A stretch of DNA of 64,000 nucleotides from Gracilinanus agilis (GCF_016433145.1 NC_058135.1:275136214-275200213); one strand, 5' to 3'; shown: positions 24,720-37,600, counted from the stretch's first letter. The notes: generated by a model not told the origin, from the sequence alone. Program-made: numbers and translations.

Positions 24720-25691
24720 ATGGTGACCAGTGAGGGAAATCACACTTCTGTTGCTACATTTGTCCTCTTAGGTTTCACAGATTACCCAGACCTTCAGTTG
24801 CCTCTCTTCCTGATATTCTTGATCATATATTTTATAACTGTGGTGGGAAATCTGGGAATGATTGGCATCATTCGAATCAACCCCAAACTTCACACCCCTA
24901 TGTACTTTTTCCTCAGCCACTTGTCCTTTGTGGATTTCTGTTATTCCTCCATCATTGCTCCCAAGATGTTGGTGGATTTACTCATAGAAGACAGAAGCAT
25001 CTCCTTCTCTGGCTGTTTGGTTCAATTTTCATTCTTTTGTACCTTTGTGGTGACTGAGGCTTTCCTGCTAGCAGTAATGGCTTATGATCGCTTTGTGGCT
25101 ATTTGCAATCCTTTGTTGTACACAGTTGTCATGTCCCAGAAGCTTTGTACCCTGTTGGTGGCAGGATCCTACTCATGGGGTATGGTCTGTTCCCTCCTAC
25201 TCACATGTTATGCTGTCCAATTATCATTTTATGGATCTAACACAATTAATCACTTTTTCTGTGAATTCTCATCTCTGCTGACTCTCTCTTGTTCTGATAC
25301 ACATTTCAATCAGATGCTGCTTTTCATCTCTGCCACCTTTAATGGTTTGAGTACACTTTTGATTATCCTGGCCTCTTATGTATTCATTTTTGTCACTGTC
25401 CTGAAGATGAATTCATCTAGTGGAAGACGTAAAGCCTTCTCTACATGTGCCTCTCATCTGATGGCCATCACTATCTTCCATGGGACTATTCTTGTCCTTT
25501 ATTGTGTGCCCAACTCCAAAAACTCTCAGCTTATGTTCAAAGTAGCTTCTGTGTTTTATACAGTGGTAATCCCCATGCTAAATCCCCTAATCTACAGCCT
25601 TAGGAACAAAGAGGTAAAAGAAACTGTCCTCAAGTTAATGGATATTAACATCAAGTTAAGGGACATTCTCCATGTGCACATTAACAGTTAA
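24720..25691 (+). CDS. OR5D18-like: olfactory receptor OR5D18/OR5D16-like, paralog a (323 aa)
   Basis: NHT site; [63 protein letters not shown] and [12 protein letters not shown]. Acceptor TTCCAG at 24713. Confidence 0.93.
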   Translation: MVTSEGNHTSVATFVLLGFTDYPDLQLPLFLIFLIIYFITVVGNLGMIGIIRINPKLHTPMYFFLSHLSFVDFCYSSIIAPKMLVDLLIEDRSISFSGCLVQFSFFCTFVVTEAFLLAVMAYDRFVAICNPLLYTVVMSQKLCTLLVAGSYSWGMVCSLLLTCYAVQLSFYGSNTINHFFCEFSSLLTLSCSDTHFNQMLLFISATFNGLSTLLIILASYVFIFVTVLKMNSSSGRRKAFSTCASHLMAITIFHGTILVLYCVPNSKNSQLMFKVASVFYTVVIPMLNPLIYSLRNKEVKETVLKLMDINIKLRDILHVHINS

Positions 25692-26088
25692 TTAGAAATT
25701 TTACCTTGTGGAACTATTTTAAGCATTTCTTGTAAAAAATTGTACAAAGTTCTATAAGAATGTCCCATCTTTGTTTAAGGATTTTTATAATTATGAAAAA
25801 AAATCTATCTGTTTATGTATATACATATGCATGTATGTATGCATGTATTTATCTATGACTTCATCATTCCTTCAACACAGGCAAGATTTTAGATGCATTA
25901 GAAGTAAAAATCTCCTGAATAATTTAGATTTCTTTATAGTCTGATAAAAATAGCCAGATTTTAGAATTTGACCCAATTTTTAAAATTGGTATAACCTTAA
26001 AGAAAAAAAAAGTCAAATTTTATCTGTAAAACTTTGATTCCTCCAGTACACTTAGAACTTAAAATACTTTCATCATTCTATTCTGTGG

Positions 26089-26666
26089 TGTGACGGTTAA
26101 ATTTTGGGGGTAGGAGTTTGAACAAAAGTCAGGAGAGCAGCTTCTTAAACACAAAACAATTAGTTTATTATTAGGAAAATACAGATAGGAAATAGAAAGG
26201 AGGATATCAAGAGGAATCTTATAATAGCATATAACTATACATAATATCCCAATCCTAATGAAATTTTTTCTAGAAAAACCTAAATCTATTTGCCTTTGAG
26301 GGCAGTGCCTTCTGCCAGAGCCAGGTTCTGGCCTAACTTTTCTACTCTGACTAATAATTTACTCATTATCTATCTACCTATCTACCCAAGATAATCAATC
26401 GTCAATAAAGCTGTTAAGGCTTTAAATCCATTTCTCTGACTCAAACAATCCCATAGAGAACAAGTGACACATACTCCTCTCCCCAGGGGATCCAGACACC
26501 AAAGCCCCTTTCCAACTGCCAGCTGCAACTATCACTCACTTTCAGGGACTGAAAGTGAGTGTCAATTGTACAACAGGGGGTTTCTTACTCAGAAATCTTT
26601 TTGCTCCCTTGCCTCTTTAATAGAAAAAGGGAGAAACTATGAAAAACTCTCTTTAACAGTTGCACA
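26089..26666. mobile_element. probable solo LTR
   Basis: Starts TGTGACGG and ends TTGCACA, with internal TTTATT and AATAAA signals. TSD not clear. Confidence 0.4.
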
Positions 26667-28299
26667 TGACAAACTTAAAAAAAAGTCTTTCTTCATAGTG
26701 ATACTGAAAAAATTAAAGAATAGTCAGAATGGTTATAATAACAAATCTTTAATTTGGGCAAGGGAGATAAAAATTTAAAAAAAAACTTAGTATAGAGCTA
26801 CTGTAATGGGAGGACTATAATCTTGGGAAAGACACACAGTGATGTAATACTCGAAATTCCTGCTCATCTACAAAAAGTGGTGAGTTTATATAGTTTTTGG
26901 GACAAAATCGGGGGAGGGCAACAGACTGCATGAGGGGTTACAGAAGATTAGGAAATCAAGGTAGTTAGAGACTAGAGTGAGTGGGAACAGCCTAGATGAA
27001 ATACCCATGTGCTAGGGTGGCTATAAAGGTATTTAGGTTGGATTGTCTTTAACTAATCCTGGATAAAGTAATTGGAAAAGTACTTAAGAATTCATTTTCT
27101 TTAAACTCAGTCCTTGGGACAAAGGCATTTCATAGTTCATTTTATCTTTTTTTTGTCTTCTCTTATCCTGGTCATTAAGAGCCTCCAAACTTAAAATATG
27201 TTCTCTTCACGGTAGAGAAATGAGTAATGACTCTTCTAATTGCCCTGGCAAGTTTTTGCTTGATTTTTTTTAAGGATTAACTATACCTTTTTGAGGCAAT
27301 AATCTACCCATTCGTGATATTTGTGCATCTGTGGTGCTTTTACTGAATTTCTTTTTCATTTGATTGCAACAGATCTTACCCCAATGTGGTCTTGAATAAT
27401 CCTGCAAACATTTGACTTCCCCAGATTTAAAGCTGTTAAAATATCTTAAACAGTTATATAAGTGTCTTTTTAGGAGTTAAAATATGTATATATTTCCTTT
27501 AGCAAAATCCATTTATATAACTTTATATAGCATATATAAAAATCCATTTATATAAAAAAAAGAAATGAAATAAATATTTATGACACAATATGACATAATA
27601 GCATTCAGATAGAGGACAAGAAAGTAAAGATGGATAAACTATGCTAATAAGATTTCTTCTGTTCAAGATCAGATATTTTGAGTGAGCCTAATGTTAATTG
27701 AATTAAACACTGATGTCCATTACTGTCAGAAAATGAAATGAACTTAAAATTATTATTTATCTCTTATACTTCATACATCTCTATATTATAGAATCTTAAA
27801 ATATAATATAGCTTTGCACTAGTTATCTCGTTTTAAAATAGAGATAAAAACACATCATCTCTATGTCAAAGTATGTTGCTGAGAAACATATTTTGTAGAG
27901 TGAGAAGTATCACATAAATGTGAACTATAATTGTTCAGCCAGTCTTGAAATTAGGTATAGTATCCTAAACAAAATCAACAGTTTGATGATTGCTAGAAGA
28001 TAGAGAAAGGTTCTAGGTGATTTCTATCTAATTGAAACAATTAAGTTTGACCCAGGTGGACAAGAACATGAATTTAAATAACAAATCTCTGTCACCAAGT
28101 CTAAAAGATAAAAAAAAATTTAATGATCTGTCACATTACATGTATATAATAGAATTGGTATCAATTGGGGGTGGGGGGAGAGGAGAAGGATCAGGAGGGC
28201 ATAAAAATTTGATCCACATGCCCAGAAAGTGTACACATTTGTTTTGATTACCATATTGCAATCCACAGAGATTTAATAATTTCAGGAGTATAATTTATA

Positions 28300-28606
28300 G
28301 ACAATTCCCAAGAGGAAAAATGAATTATGAAATCCCTTGTAATGCACATATGGAAAGGTTTCTGAGAAATTCAGACATCTCTCTCTATCTTTCAGAAGGG
28401 TGAAGCAGTTTAAACCTGTTCTGCTGGTAAAACTAGAGTGCATGTAATTTTTGAAATTAAAATTAATTAAAAAAACCTATTACAGAAAAAGGAATAATTT
28501 AATTAAGCCCTTCTTGCTGGCATTTTATCCCCCTCTTTTGTTACAGAATCTATCTGTGAAAATTTGATTTACACTCTAATGAAAAGAAAATGAACATTAG
28601 GTAATT
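28300..28606 (+). promoter_or_regulatory. orphan OR5L-type promoter and 5'UTR exons (no OR5L coding exon follows)
   Basis: O/E-like TTCCCAAGAGG (28305-15), AATGAATTA (28319-27), donor CTG|GTAAAA (28427), acceptor TTGTTACAG (28546), donor CATTAG|GTAATT (28601). Collinear with 46750-47085, upstream of the OR5L-like gene. Confidence 0.6.
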
Positions 28607-28627
28607 GTACTATTATTCAAGCATCTT

Positions 28628-28860
28628 GGTGTCTCACAGGATAGAATGCCAGGCCTGGAGTCAAGAAGACACATCTTCATGAGTTTAAATCTGGCCTCAG
28701 AATCTTATAAGCTTTGTGACCATGGATGATTCACTTTACCCTGTGATATCCTTAGATAGATAAGTATCCTTATCAATAAAATAAAGATGATACACCTTAT
28801 AGATAAGTACGCTTATCTATAAAATAAACAGGGGAAAGAAATGCCAAACCACTCCATACA
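28628..28860 (+). mobile_element. MAR1-type SINE with an internal duplication/hairpin
   Basis: GATAGAATGCCAGGCCTGGAGTCAAGAAGAC head and GAAAGAAATGCCAAACCACTCC tail. Confidence 0.65.
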
Positions 28861-29632
28861 TTGCTATTGGAAAAAAAATAGTTTTGATTATACAAAGCTT
28901 TGTTACCTAGATGTTTTCTTTGCTTTTTAGTATGCTATCCAGATTGGTCACAGCTTTTCTTACAAGAAGCATCTTTTCATTTTATAGATGCAGTTCTTGT
29001 CTTCGGTGGTCTTTGAGCCCAAGAATACAAAATCTGACATGGCTTCTATTTCTTCTCCCTGTTTTCAAGGAAGTGATGGGTCCAGTTGCCAAGATTTTAG
29101 TTTTTGTGGTTAAGCTTCAATTCAGACTTTATGCTTTCCATTTTCCCTTTCATCAAGAGAATCTTAATATATATATATATATGCATATATATGTGTTATT
29201 TTATGCATATGAATTTGTTCTTGCTTTCTCAGGCAACCTTAATTCCAACTTCTGATTCATCCACTCTGACATTTCACATAAAGTAGGCAGTATGTAAGTT
29301 AAATAAAGAAGGTGATGCTATAAAGCCTTCTTGTGCTCCTTTTCCAATTTTAAACCTATCAGTTCTATGTTTCATTCTAAATATTACTTCTTGGTCTGCA
29401 TATAGTTTGCTCAGGTAAAATAATCTAGTCTTTCCATCACCCTGAGGACTTGCTACCTTTCATTGTGGTCCACTTGGTTAAAGGCTTTGTCAATGAAGAG
29501 ATAAATGAGTTTTTTTTTAATTTGTTTTCTGGAACTGTCTTGCTTTCTTCCTAATCCCATGAAGATTGGCAATTTGTCTTTTCCTTTGTCTTTTCATAAA
29601 CCAGGCTGCTCTTCAAGTAATTCCCACTTTCT

Positions 29633-30134
29633 TGTTCCATTTTCAGTTTAGCCAGGCAAGAGGAAAGTCACTCAAGAGTAAGTAAGGAAGGAGATTTATT
29701 ACACATGTGGACCCAGACGGGATCGTTCCTCAGGTCTGAGCATTGGAGAGAAGGGTTCTTGTTATTTTATAAACTTAGGTTACATGACTGGACACACATG
29801 ATTGGACACAAAGATACGGGGAATTATATGATTGGATGAAGAAGGGGAGTGGCCCTGCATTCCGTTGCAGCATTGTTCTTGGGGTAGCCCAGGCTTGTAT
29901 AGTCCTTAGTATGATAAAGACAGTATAAGTCCAGAACATCAATCCATCATGGTTATGTTAGATCACAGCATGGGAAGTAACAGTGTCCTATGAAGGAGAA
30001 CCACTTGCTTTGTTCTGGAATTTCAGCAGGTCATTGTGTTTGTGGCAAGCTGGTGGCTCTGTCAGCCTTGCAAAGCCAGTCCTTAGAGCATAAGGGAGAC
30101 CTTAAAGATGGGGATCTGAGGATTATCTACTACA
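29633..30134 (-). mobile_element. solo ERV LTR nested in the RTE
   Basis: TG...CA ends; AATAAA (TTTATT near 29695) and TATA (TTTTATAA near 29766) on the minus strand. It splits otherwise collinear RTE sequence. Confidence 0.65.
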
Positions 30135-31029
30135 ACTTCACATATTATTTAATATAGCTAGTGTAATCTTGAGTGTAACCTTCCTGGCATGTGAAGGGAG
30201 AATACTTGTTTGAAAATTTGAATATTCTTTCATATTTCCCTTTTTAGAAATTAGGACATAAACTGATTGTTTCTCATCTGGTGGCCATTGCTGAGTTTCC
30301 CAGCTTTCCTGGAATTTTGAGTGCTTCACTTTGAAAGCATTGTCTTTTAGGATTTCAAGTATCTCTGCTGGAATTTTGTTGCATCCTCTGGCTTTATCAT
30401 TAACAATGCTTCTTAATAACCACTTAACTTTACTCTGGCTCTAATTGAGTAACCACACCATCATTGTTTGGTGATGTTAAGAACTTTTTTGTATAGTTCT
30501 TTTGTATGTTCTTGACACATATTTTAATCTCTTCTAGTGCTTTTAAATTCTTACCATTTTTATTTTTAGTGCCTATTTTTTTCATTAAGTATTCCCTTGA
30601 TATCTCTAATTTTCTTAAAGACCTCTTTGGTCTTTCCCATTTTATTTTTTTCTAATTCTTTGCATTGCTAATTTAAGGAAACTATCATATCTCTCTTTGC
30701 TCTTTTCTAGAATCCTGGGTTCCATTGGTATATCCTTCCCTTTCTCATTTCCCTTTCGTTTTCCTTCTTTCCTCAGTTATTTATAAAGCCTCATCAGACA
30801 ACCAGTTTGATTTTTTTCTATTCTTTTTCCTTGGAATGTTTTCTGTTGCTGTTTCTTCTATGAAGAAACTTCACTCTGTCTCGTAGTTAGTTCCCTAAAT
30901 CTATTCATCACTCCCACTTCATATCCATAAAAGAGTTATTTAGGATATTTTTAAACAGTCTAATGCTTTCCCCTACTTTCTTTGATTTAAGACTGAAATT
31001 TGCAGTCATAGCTCCACATCTCATTTTAT

Positions 31030-31217
31030 TTTTGTTTGTTTGTTTTTAAACCCTTACCTTCTGTTTTGGAATCAATATTCTGGAGTGGTAAGGACTAGGC
31101 AATGGGGGTAAAGTGGCTTGCCCAGGGTCACACAGCTAGGAAGTGCCTGAGGCCAGATATGAACCCAGGACCTCCTGTGTTTGGGGCTGGTTCTCCACTG
31201 AGCACCCTAGCTGCCTC
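31030..31217 (-). mobile_element. SINE1_Mdo-type SINE nested in the RTE
   Basis: TTTTTAAACCCTTACCTTCTG...GTCACACAGCTAGGAAGTG...CTAGCTGCCTC. Confidence 0.85.
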
Positions 31218-32599
31218 ACAAGTCTTGTTTTAAATGAATAATTTTAAATGATAGAGTTGCCTTTTGGGTTGTTAACAAGAATATTTTCTATGACCAGAGT
31301 GTAATTTTGTCAGTATTTTATTGTATTTACTGTCCTGCTTCATTTTGTGCTCCAAGACTGAACCTGAACTTGCCTTTTATTACAATTATGATTTTTATTT
31401 CCTACTTTAGTATTACAAATCCCTATGATGATTTTGCATCTTTTTAATGTTATTTCTAGATGTTGTAAATATTTTCAGAACTGATCAACTTTGTCCTCTT
31501 CAGTATCAGGCTAGAGTACAGACTTCTATTAATATGATGTTGAATACTTTCCATTGGATTTGAACAGATATCATTCTGTAATTTTTGAAATTACACTCTA
31601 GTACTTCAATTCTCAATGATTTATTAACTATGATGATATTTCATTTCTTAAAATGGATATTTTCTCACAGCAGTATACGTAATGATCTCCTGAATTAAAT
31701 TCATACAATCCATGTATTTAAGTTCACTAACACCTAAGATGTCAATGTTTAATCTTTCATCCCATTTGTGACCACACCCACTTTACCTTGACTTATTGAT
31801 CTTTATTGGTCATATATTCCAAGTTCTTAGGTAGTTTTGAGCTTTACAGTATTGGAGTTTCCTTTCATCATCAACCATAATATCCACAAGTAAGATTCCT
31901 TTTGGTTTTGGTCCAGTCTTTTCATTAATATTAGAACTACATATAGTTGTTCTCACCAAAATGTCACTGGACATTTTCCTTTTCCTTTTCTTTCTTTTTT
32001 GACAAGGACTTCAAAAGACATTTTGTTCAATATCTTTATTTTAGAAATAAAGGACCTGAGTCTCAGAGACAACATATTGATTGATTGATTGGCATAAGGT
32101 TTTAGATATGGTAGGAACTTTCCACCTTCTTTCATTTTACAGAAGGAAAACTGAGTCTCAGAGTAGAATATAATATCACATTGAGTGATTAATTGGTTGA
32201 TATATAGGTCTTAGAAATGACTGGGACTTATGAGCCCACCCCTTCCATTGAAGAAATGGAAACTCAGGGAAAATTTACATCACATATTGACTTTTTTATT
32301 CATTTATGTGTGGCTATAGATGTAGTGGGAACCCCTAAGTCCATCTCTTTTATTATATTGTTCAGACAAGGCAGCCCCAGTCTGGGCTCAACAATCTCTC
32401 AAACCAGTGGTCTAGGATGTAGATGAAACTCAAGAAGTCAGTACTCTCAATGTGCCATGTTATCATGGAGGAAGATCACTTTTCTGAACCAGTGCATGAC
32501 ATTTACTTACATCTCACCACCCAGCCATCTCTTTGAGGCCCACACTGGGTGGTCTCTAGGACTTAATGAGACCCAAGGCCTTTAGGCAGACCAAATCCT

Positions 32600-33420
32600 T
32601 TTCTGAGGATCAGGCAGGTGGGCAGAAGCCTTATGCTTGTGTCATGGAGGTCAAATGTCTGGGCCAGACCTAGAGGGGGCAGAGAAGAGGGCAGAAGGAA
32701 ATGGAAGTCATCTAGAATTTTGGTACCGGTCCTAGTCTGGGTCCAGTTGTTGTCTACTGGCTCCGGGGCTTACTGAAACAGTGTCAATAGCAGTTTTAAC
32801 TCCACTTTCTGACCTGAGGATCTCATTTTGTTTCATATCTTTTATTTTTTTAAATATTTTCTCTATTATTTTTGGCAAAGATATTATAGCAGTTTGCCAT
32901 TTACTTTTCCAGTAAGTCACCTTTTGACAGAACTCTCCACTATAGTCTGTTGTTTTGAGTAAATATTCTGACCTCCAGATCTAGGTCTGAAAACAGTAAC
33001 ATGAAAAACCTGAAGCTAGGGAAAATTCCCCCTCCACCTCAGAAGTAGAGCCTAATTTTAACTAATGTTAACAGTCAAGAAACAGGCTAGAGAAATGAGG
33101 AAACAAATAGAACCAGATGACATAAAATTATTATGGTGACTGGAAAGATAAAAACAAACTCAGAAGACAACATTGTCAAAACATCTACTTGCAAAGAATC
33201 AAAGAAAAATGTGAAATGGTCTTGGGCCATAAAAGAATTCTTGGATGAACTGAAAAAGGATATGAAAAATCAAATGAGAGGCATAGAGCAAAAATTGGGG
33301 AAAGAAGTGAGAGACTTGCAAATAAATGAATAATTATTCAAAAGTTTGGTAAAGAATACACACAAAAATACTAAAAAACAAAAACAACAATAAAAAAATT
33401 GGCCAAATGGGAAAAAAGGT
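32600..33420 (+). mobile_element. old L1 5'UTR/ORF1 fragment
   Basis: ORF 33133-33333 (KKNVKWSWAIKEFLDELKKDMKNQMRGIEQKLGKEVRDLQ) is typical of a marsupial L1 ORF1 coiled-coil start. Confidence 0.7.
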
Positions 33421-33639
33421 TGTTGTTTTTTAGATATATATGTGTGTATAAAAGTTTATGGCCTTATATATAGATTAGATGAATTAGACATCAAACAGCT
33501 CGCTAGATAAAACTTTCCATGATGTTTTCAATGTAATTGAACTTGATATGGCTTCTAAGCTAGTTAAAATCCAATTTAACAGATCCCAGAATTGTTCCAA
33601 GGGTATAATCCAAATATATTGAAATTATTGTTAGAAAAA

Positions 33640-34330
33640 AATCAAAACCTAATTTTTAGTTTTATTGCATGCATAAGAAACACAACTAAAAAAAAAGAAA
33701 CACAACTACTAGGTCTGTATACCAAAGAGATTTTTTTCCAAAGGAAAAGGACCTATATATTCAAAAATATTTATAGGAGCTTTTTTTATGATGGCAAATA
33801 ATTAGGAATTGAGAAGATCCCATTCAATCAAGGAATGACTGAAAAAGTTGTGGTATATGGTTGTGATGAAATATTTTGTTTGCATGAGAAATTATGATCC
33901 TCATGTTTTGAGGGCGAAAAAAGCAATCTGAAAAGATTTACATGAACTGGTATTAAGTGAAGTGAGCAGAATCTGGAGAACACTGTAAACAATAACAGCA
34001 ATACTGTGTAATGATCAACTACGAATGACTTATTAAAGAAATATAAGCTAAGACAGTTCTGAAAGATTTATGATGAAAATTCTATGCACTTTCAGAGAAA
34101 GAACTGATGTAGTCTCTGTAAAAACTGACATTTATTTTTTCTTATTTTGTCTGTTTCTTTCTTTTATTATATGATTAATCTGGAAATATGTTTTGCATGA
34201 TTGCACATGTATAGTCTATATCAAACTGATTGGCTTCTCAGTAAAGAGTAACAAGAGGTAGTGAAAAAAATTGAGTTTAAATTAAAAAGAGAATTTAAAA
34301 TTATTTTTGTAGGCAAGTGGAAAAAAGATA
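33640..34330 (+). mobile_element. old L1 3' fragment (ORF2 end and 3'UTR)
   Basis: CTACTAGGTCTGTATACCAAAGAG...GAAAAAGTTGTGGTATATG...GATTTACATGAACTG are L1 3' hallmarks, and the fragment ends in an A-rich tail. Confidence 0.75.
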
Positions 34331-34538
34331 CTAAATTTTAAAGAAAAATGGCCAGATGAGATAATGGAAGCATTTGAGCTTTAATCAGTTTAAATAGCTA
34401 TAATTAGTAAAGAATTATTCATTTTAATATATAAATTAAGCATGGAAAGATTAACCTTTTCCTTCTTTTTCCTACTACATCAGTTTCCCTCTTGATTTTT
34501 CCTTGATCAAGATAGCATCAAATATAGTTTAATCTTTT

Positions 34539-34696
34539 TAATTACTTATCTTTGGCCCATGGAGAATAATGAAGTTGAGGGTGGATTCTCTAGAGCCTTG
34601 TCCCTGAAGGATACTGAGACATTAAATCCTCAGTATCATGTCCATATGCAGCTTTCATAGGCAGGAGAGTAGCTTGTCTCCATTCAGAAGGTAAGT
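34539..34696 (+). promoter_or_regulatory. candidate promoter and non-coding exon 1 of the OR at 38274
   Basis: TAATTA (34539), TAATGA (34567-72), degenerate O/E TCCCTGAAGG (34601-10), perfect donor CAGAAG|GTAAGT (GT 34691). Paralogous to 19700-19858. Confidence 0.65.
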
Positions 34697-37600
34697 CTGC
34701 TTATGATGGAGTGTTTTGGGGCTTGCATGAAAAAGGCTAGCTTCTCTGTAGCTTACACATATTTACATGGAGGCAATAAAATGCCCAAATTGTAACACAG
34801 CCTGAGAGGTTTTTCTAGAAGCAAGATTAAAAGAGACAATATGTAATAAAAAGAACTACTAGCTCTATACATTTTCCTTTAGGTGATTTTCTTTATCTAT
34901 AAAAGGAAAGCATAGAACTTTATGATCTCTAAATTTTATTTCACCTCCAGATCCCACTATTTTCTATAACTATCTGGTACTATAGAAGTCACAAATTAAA
35001 ATTATGCCTGATCTGTGTTTCTGGTAGACCTTTAATCTGAGGAACAACTAGTATGTTGAACCTATAGGGGCTGGCATGCTGTCCCTATTTCCCAGTCTTC
35101 CAAAGGGCCAAATATTGGAAACTCATGTTTAGTAGCAACAAACACTGGATTTGGAGTTAGAATTTAGAAGAGCTAGCTTAACCAATTCTTGTACTGTGTG
35201 ACATACTAAGGCTCATTTTCCTTAAACTATAAAATGATTGGGTTGAAGTATGTGTTCTATAAAGACTCTTTCAGCCTTGTACCATTTAATCTAATAAATC
35301 AATTATATCTGAAGGTACTCTAATACACATTTGCATATCCATTTCGGAGTCTTCCTTAAATCCAACAGATACTCCTTTCTGAAACTTCTACCCATTTCCC
35401 CAGTCCAATGACTCAGCAATTAACTCCCTCCTAGCTCTGACTTACATGAAAGTCATCATGGTGAAACTCCATAAAGTAGTTTAAAGAGAAGAATTAGTTC
35501 TAAAATTGAATAGTTTCAAACATCTTCACTATATTCATTGTGATGAAGATCTTTTGCAATCTTCTCTTAATCAGATGCCTCTATGTAGTGGTCTGCTTAT
35601 AAATGTGTTATTACCTCTCCAAAAAATAAAATACATTCAACGAAATTTTATTTGTAATCTGTATTATTAACATTTTCTCCATCATTTAAACCTAATCAAT
35701 AAAAACCAAATTAAAACGATAAATCAATCCCTGATGTATCGCATTTACCAATTTCAGAGATGAAATGCTCACACTAAAACATTTGAGCTGACTCCAATTC
35801 ACCCTTGTCCCTGTCAGAGAAAGCTAGTATGCTCAGTACTCTCATGCTGCTTTTCTTCCCTGGTAATGGTGCTAATTTTAGGTGGTAATAACAAAAGCCT
35901 GAATTGCAAACTTTAGCAAAGTTGAAAGGTAAAAACATAAGATTTAATAATTAGGTAACTAAATAATTAAACGTTAGAAATATTAAATTTAATAACCAGA
36001 GTAAAGTAGAAAAAAATATATATAAGAAAAAAATAGACTGAGAGAAGATTCACATTTTCATTGAAAGGATGGGGGGATTTAGGCAAAAGTATACTATAAT
36101 TGGAAGCTCAATGAAGGTAGACAGAAAATAGTATAATTCCTCTAAGGTGAAGAAGAAATAAGTTCAAATCCAGGCACTGATAGTTATTAGTTGTATGACT
36201 CTTGGCAAGTCACTTGACTTTTATATGTTTATCTTTATTTGTAAAATAGGTGGAATAATAATAATACCTATCTCCAGGTTTTGTCATAATGATAAAATTA
36301 GATGTTTATGAAGTGTTTAACAAAAATGTGTTATATAAATGTTAGTTATTATTATTAATAGTAGTAATCAATTTCATTACTAATTTCATAAATGATTGAA
36401 TGGAATTATCCAAAAATGAATGGTTCCTAATGAACTTGGAAAGAATCATCTAGTGGAGTACTTTAGGTATCTGCACTTTATTTTATTTTTTGCAAAAATG
36501 TATGAATAATCTGCTTATAAACCCAGCATGACAGAAATCATGGAGGCATGTGTATCATGCTGAATGAGAATAAAGATTAAAAAAAATCTTTGGATATGAT
36601 AGAGTGTTAAGCTAATCTAATGAAAAAATTAATCAACATGTATTTATAAATTGCTTACTTAACAGAAAGCACTATTCTAATCATGGGGGGGGGAATACAA
36701 TGTCACATATATAAGAATAAAAAAGTACCTTCTCTTATGGATCTTATATTTTATTGAGGAAGAGAAAAAAGTACATATTTTTAAGACTACAAAGTAAATA
36801 AATATAAGATTCTTTAAGCAAATGGAATGAATATCTGAGTGTATTTGGGTGAAAATCATGTAGATTTCCCTGGATCTCTGTTTTGAGAAACTGTCATATA
36901 CTTAAAGAGATCTGTCTCTCTTTTAAGAGGCAAAAGTGTGTGCTCTAGTTATGTACAATATTAAATATAAGGCCTTCGTCCTTAAATAAGGTAGGAAAAT
37001 AGTTCATAAAATTTTAATCAATCTCTCATCTGTTTCCTAACTTCAGAGGAAACATAAATTCCTTCAAAATAATTGAACACTGTTCTTTTTTATACCTCAC
37101 TCCTACATTGGGGGAAATTGAGAAATACCATCCTCAGGCATGAACTATCTTATACCTGGAGGGACTCTGAATCCAAACCTCTGGGTATGTTGATAACTCT
37201 TTGAATTCATTCTTTAGGTATTAAAAGATTCACAAATGATCTTTCTTTCCCCATCTCAATAATTCTCTATTCTTTACTATTAATTTCCTATCTTCATCCT
37301 TCCTCTCTGAACTACTCAATATTCCATTCAAAAGAGAACCAGTTCTTCTGGAATATTCTCTGAAATGTCTTTTTCATAGGAAACAATTTCATTTCATCTT
37401 AAAAGTTTTCCTTGAATACTCCACCACTTTGTTATCCCTCCTCTTTAGAAATTTATTCAAACCATATAGGCCATACAATAAAAATGTCTATTAGTTGTTT
37501 TCATCACTGATGTTGTTCTGCATAATACCACAGGAAAAAAGCAACAATGGTTAGGAATTATAAAGAGGTAATACAAAGTTGAGGGTGGGTGGCATGCTAT

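Larger units (their letters stand above)
28895..31950 (-). mobile_element. decayed RTE/BovB-type LINE (RT and endonuclease regions), interrupted by an LTR and a SINE
   Basis: Minus ORF 30138-30329 (WETQQWPPDEKQSVYVLISKKGNMKEYSNFQTSILPSHARKVTLKI) resembles BovB RT (WKTQQWPQDWKRSVFIPIPKKGNAKECSNYRTIALISHASKVMLKI). DNA at 28900-29160 also matches BovB-like RT 3' sequence. Confidence 0.85.
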
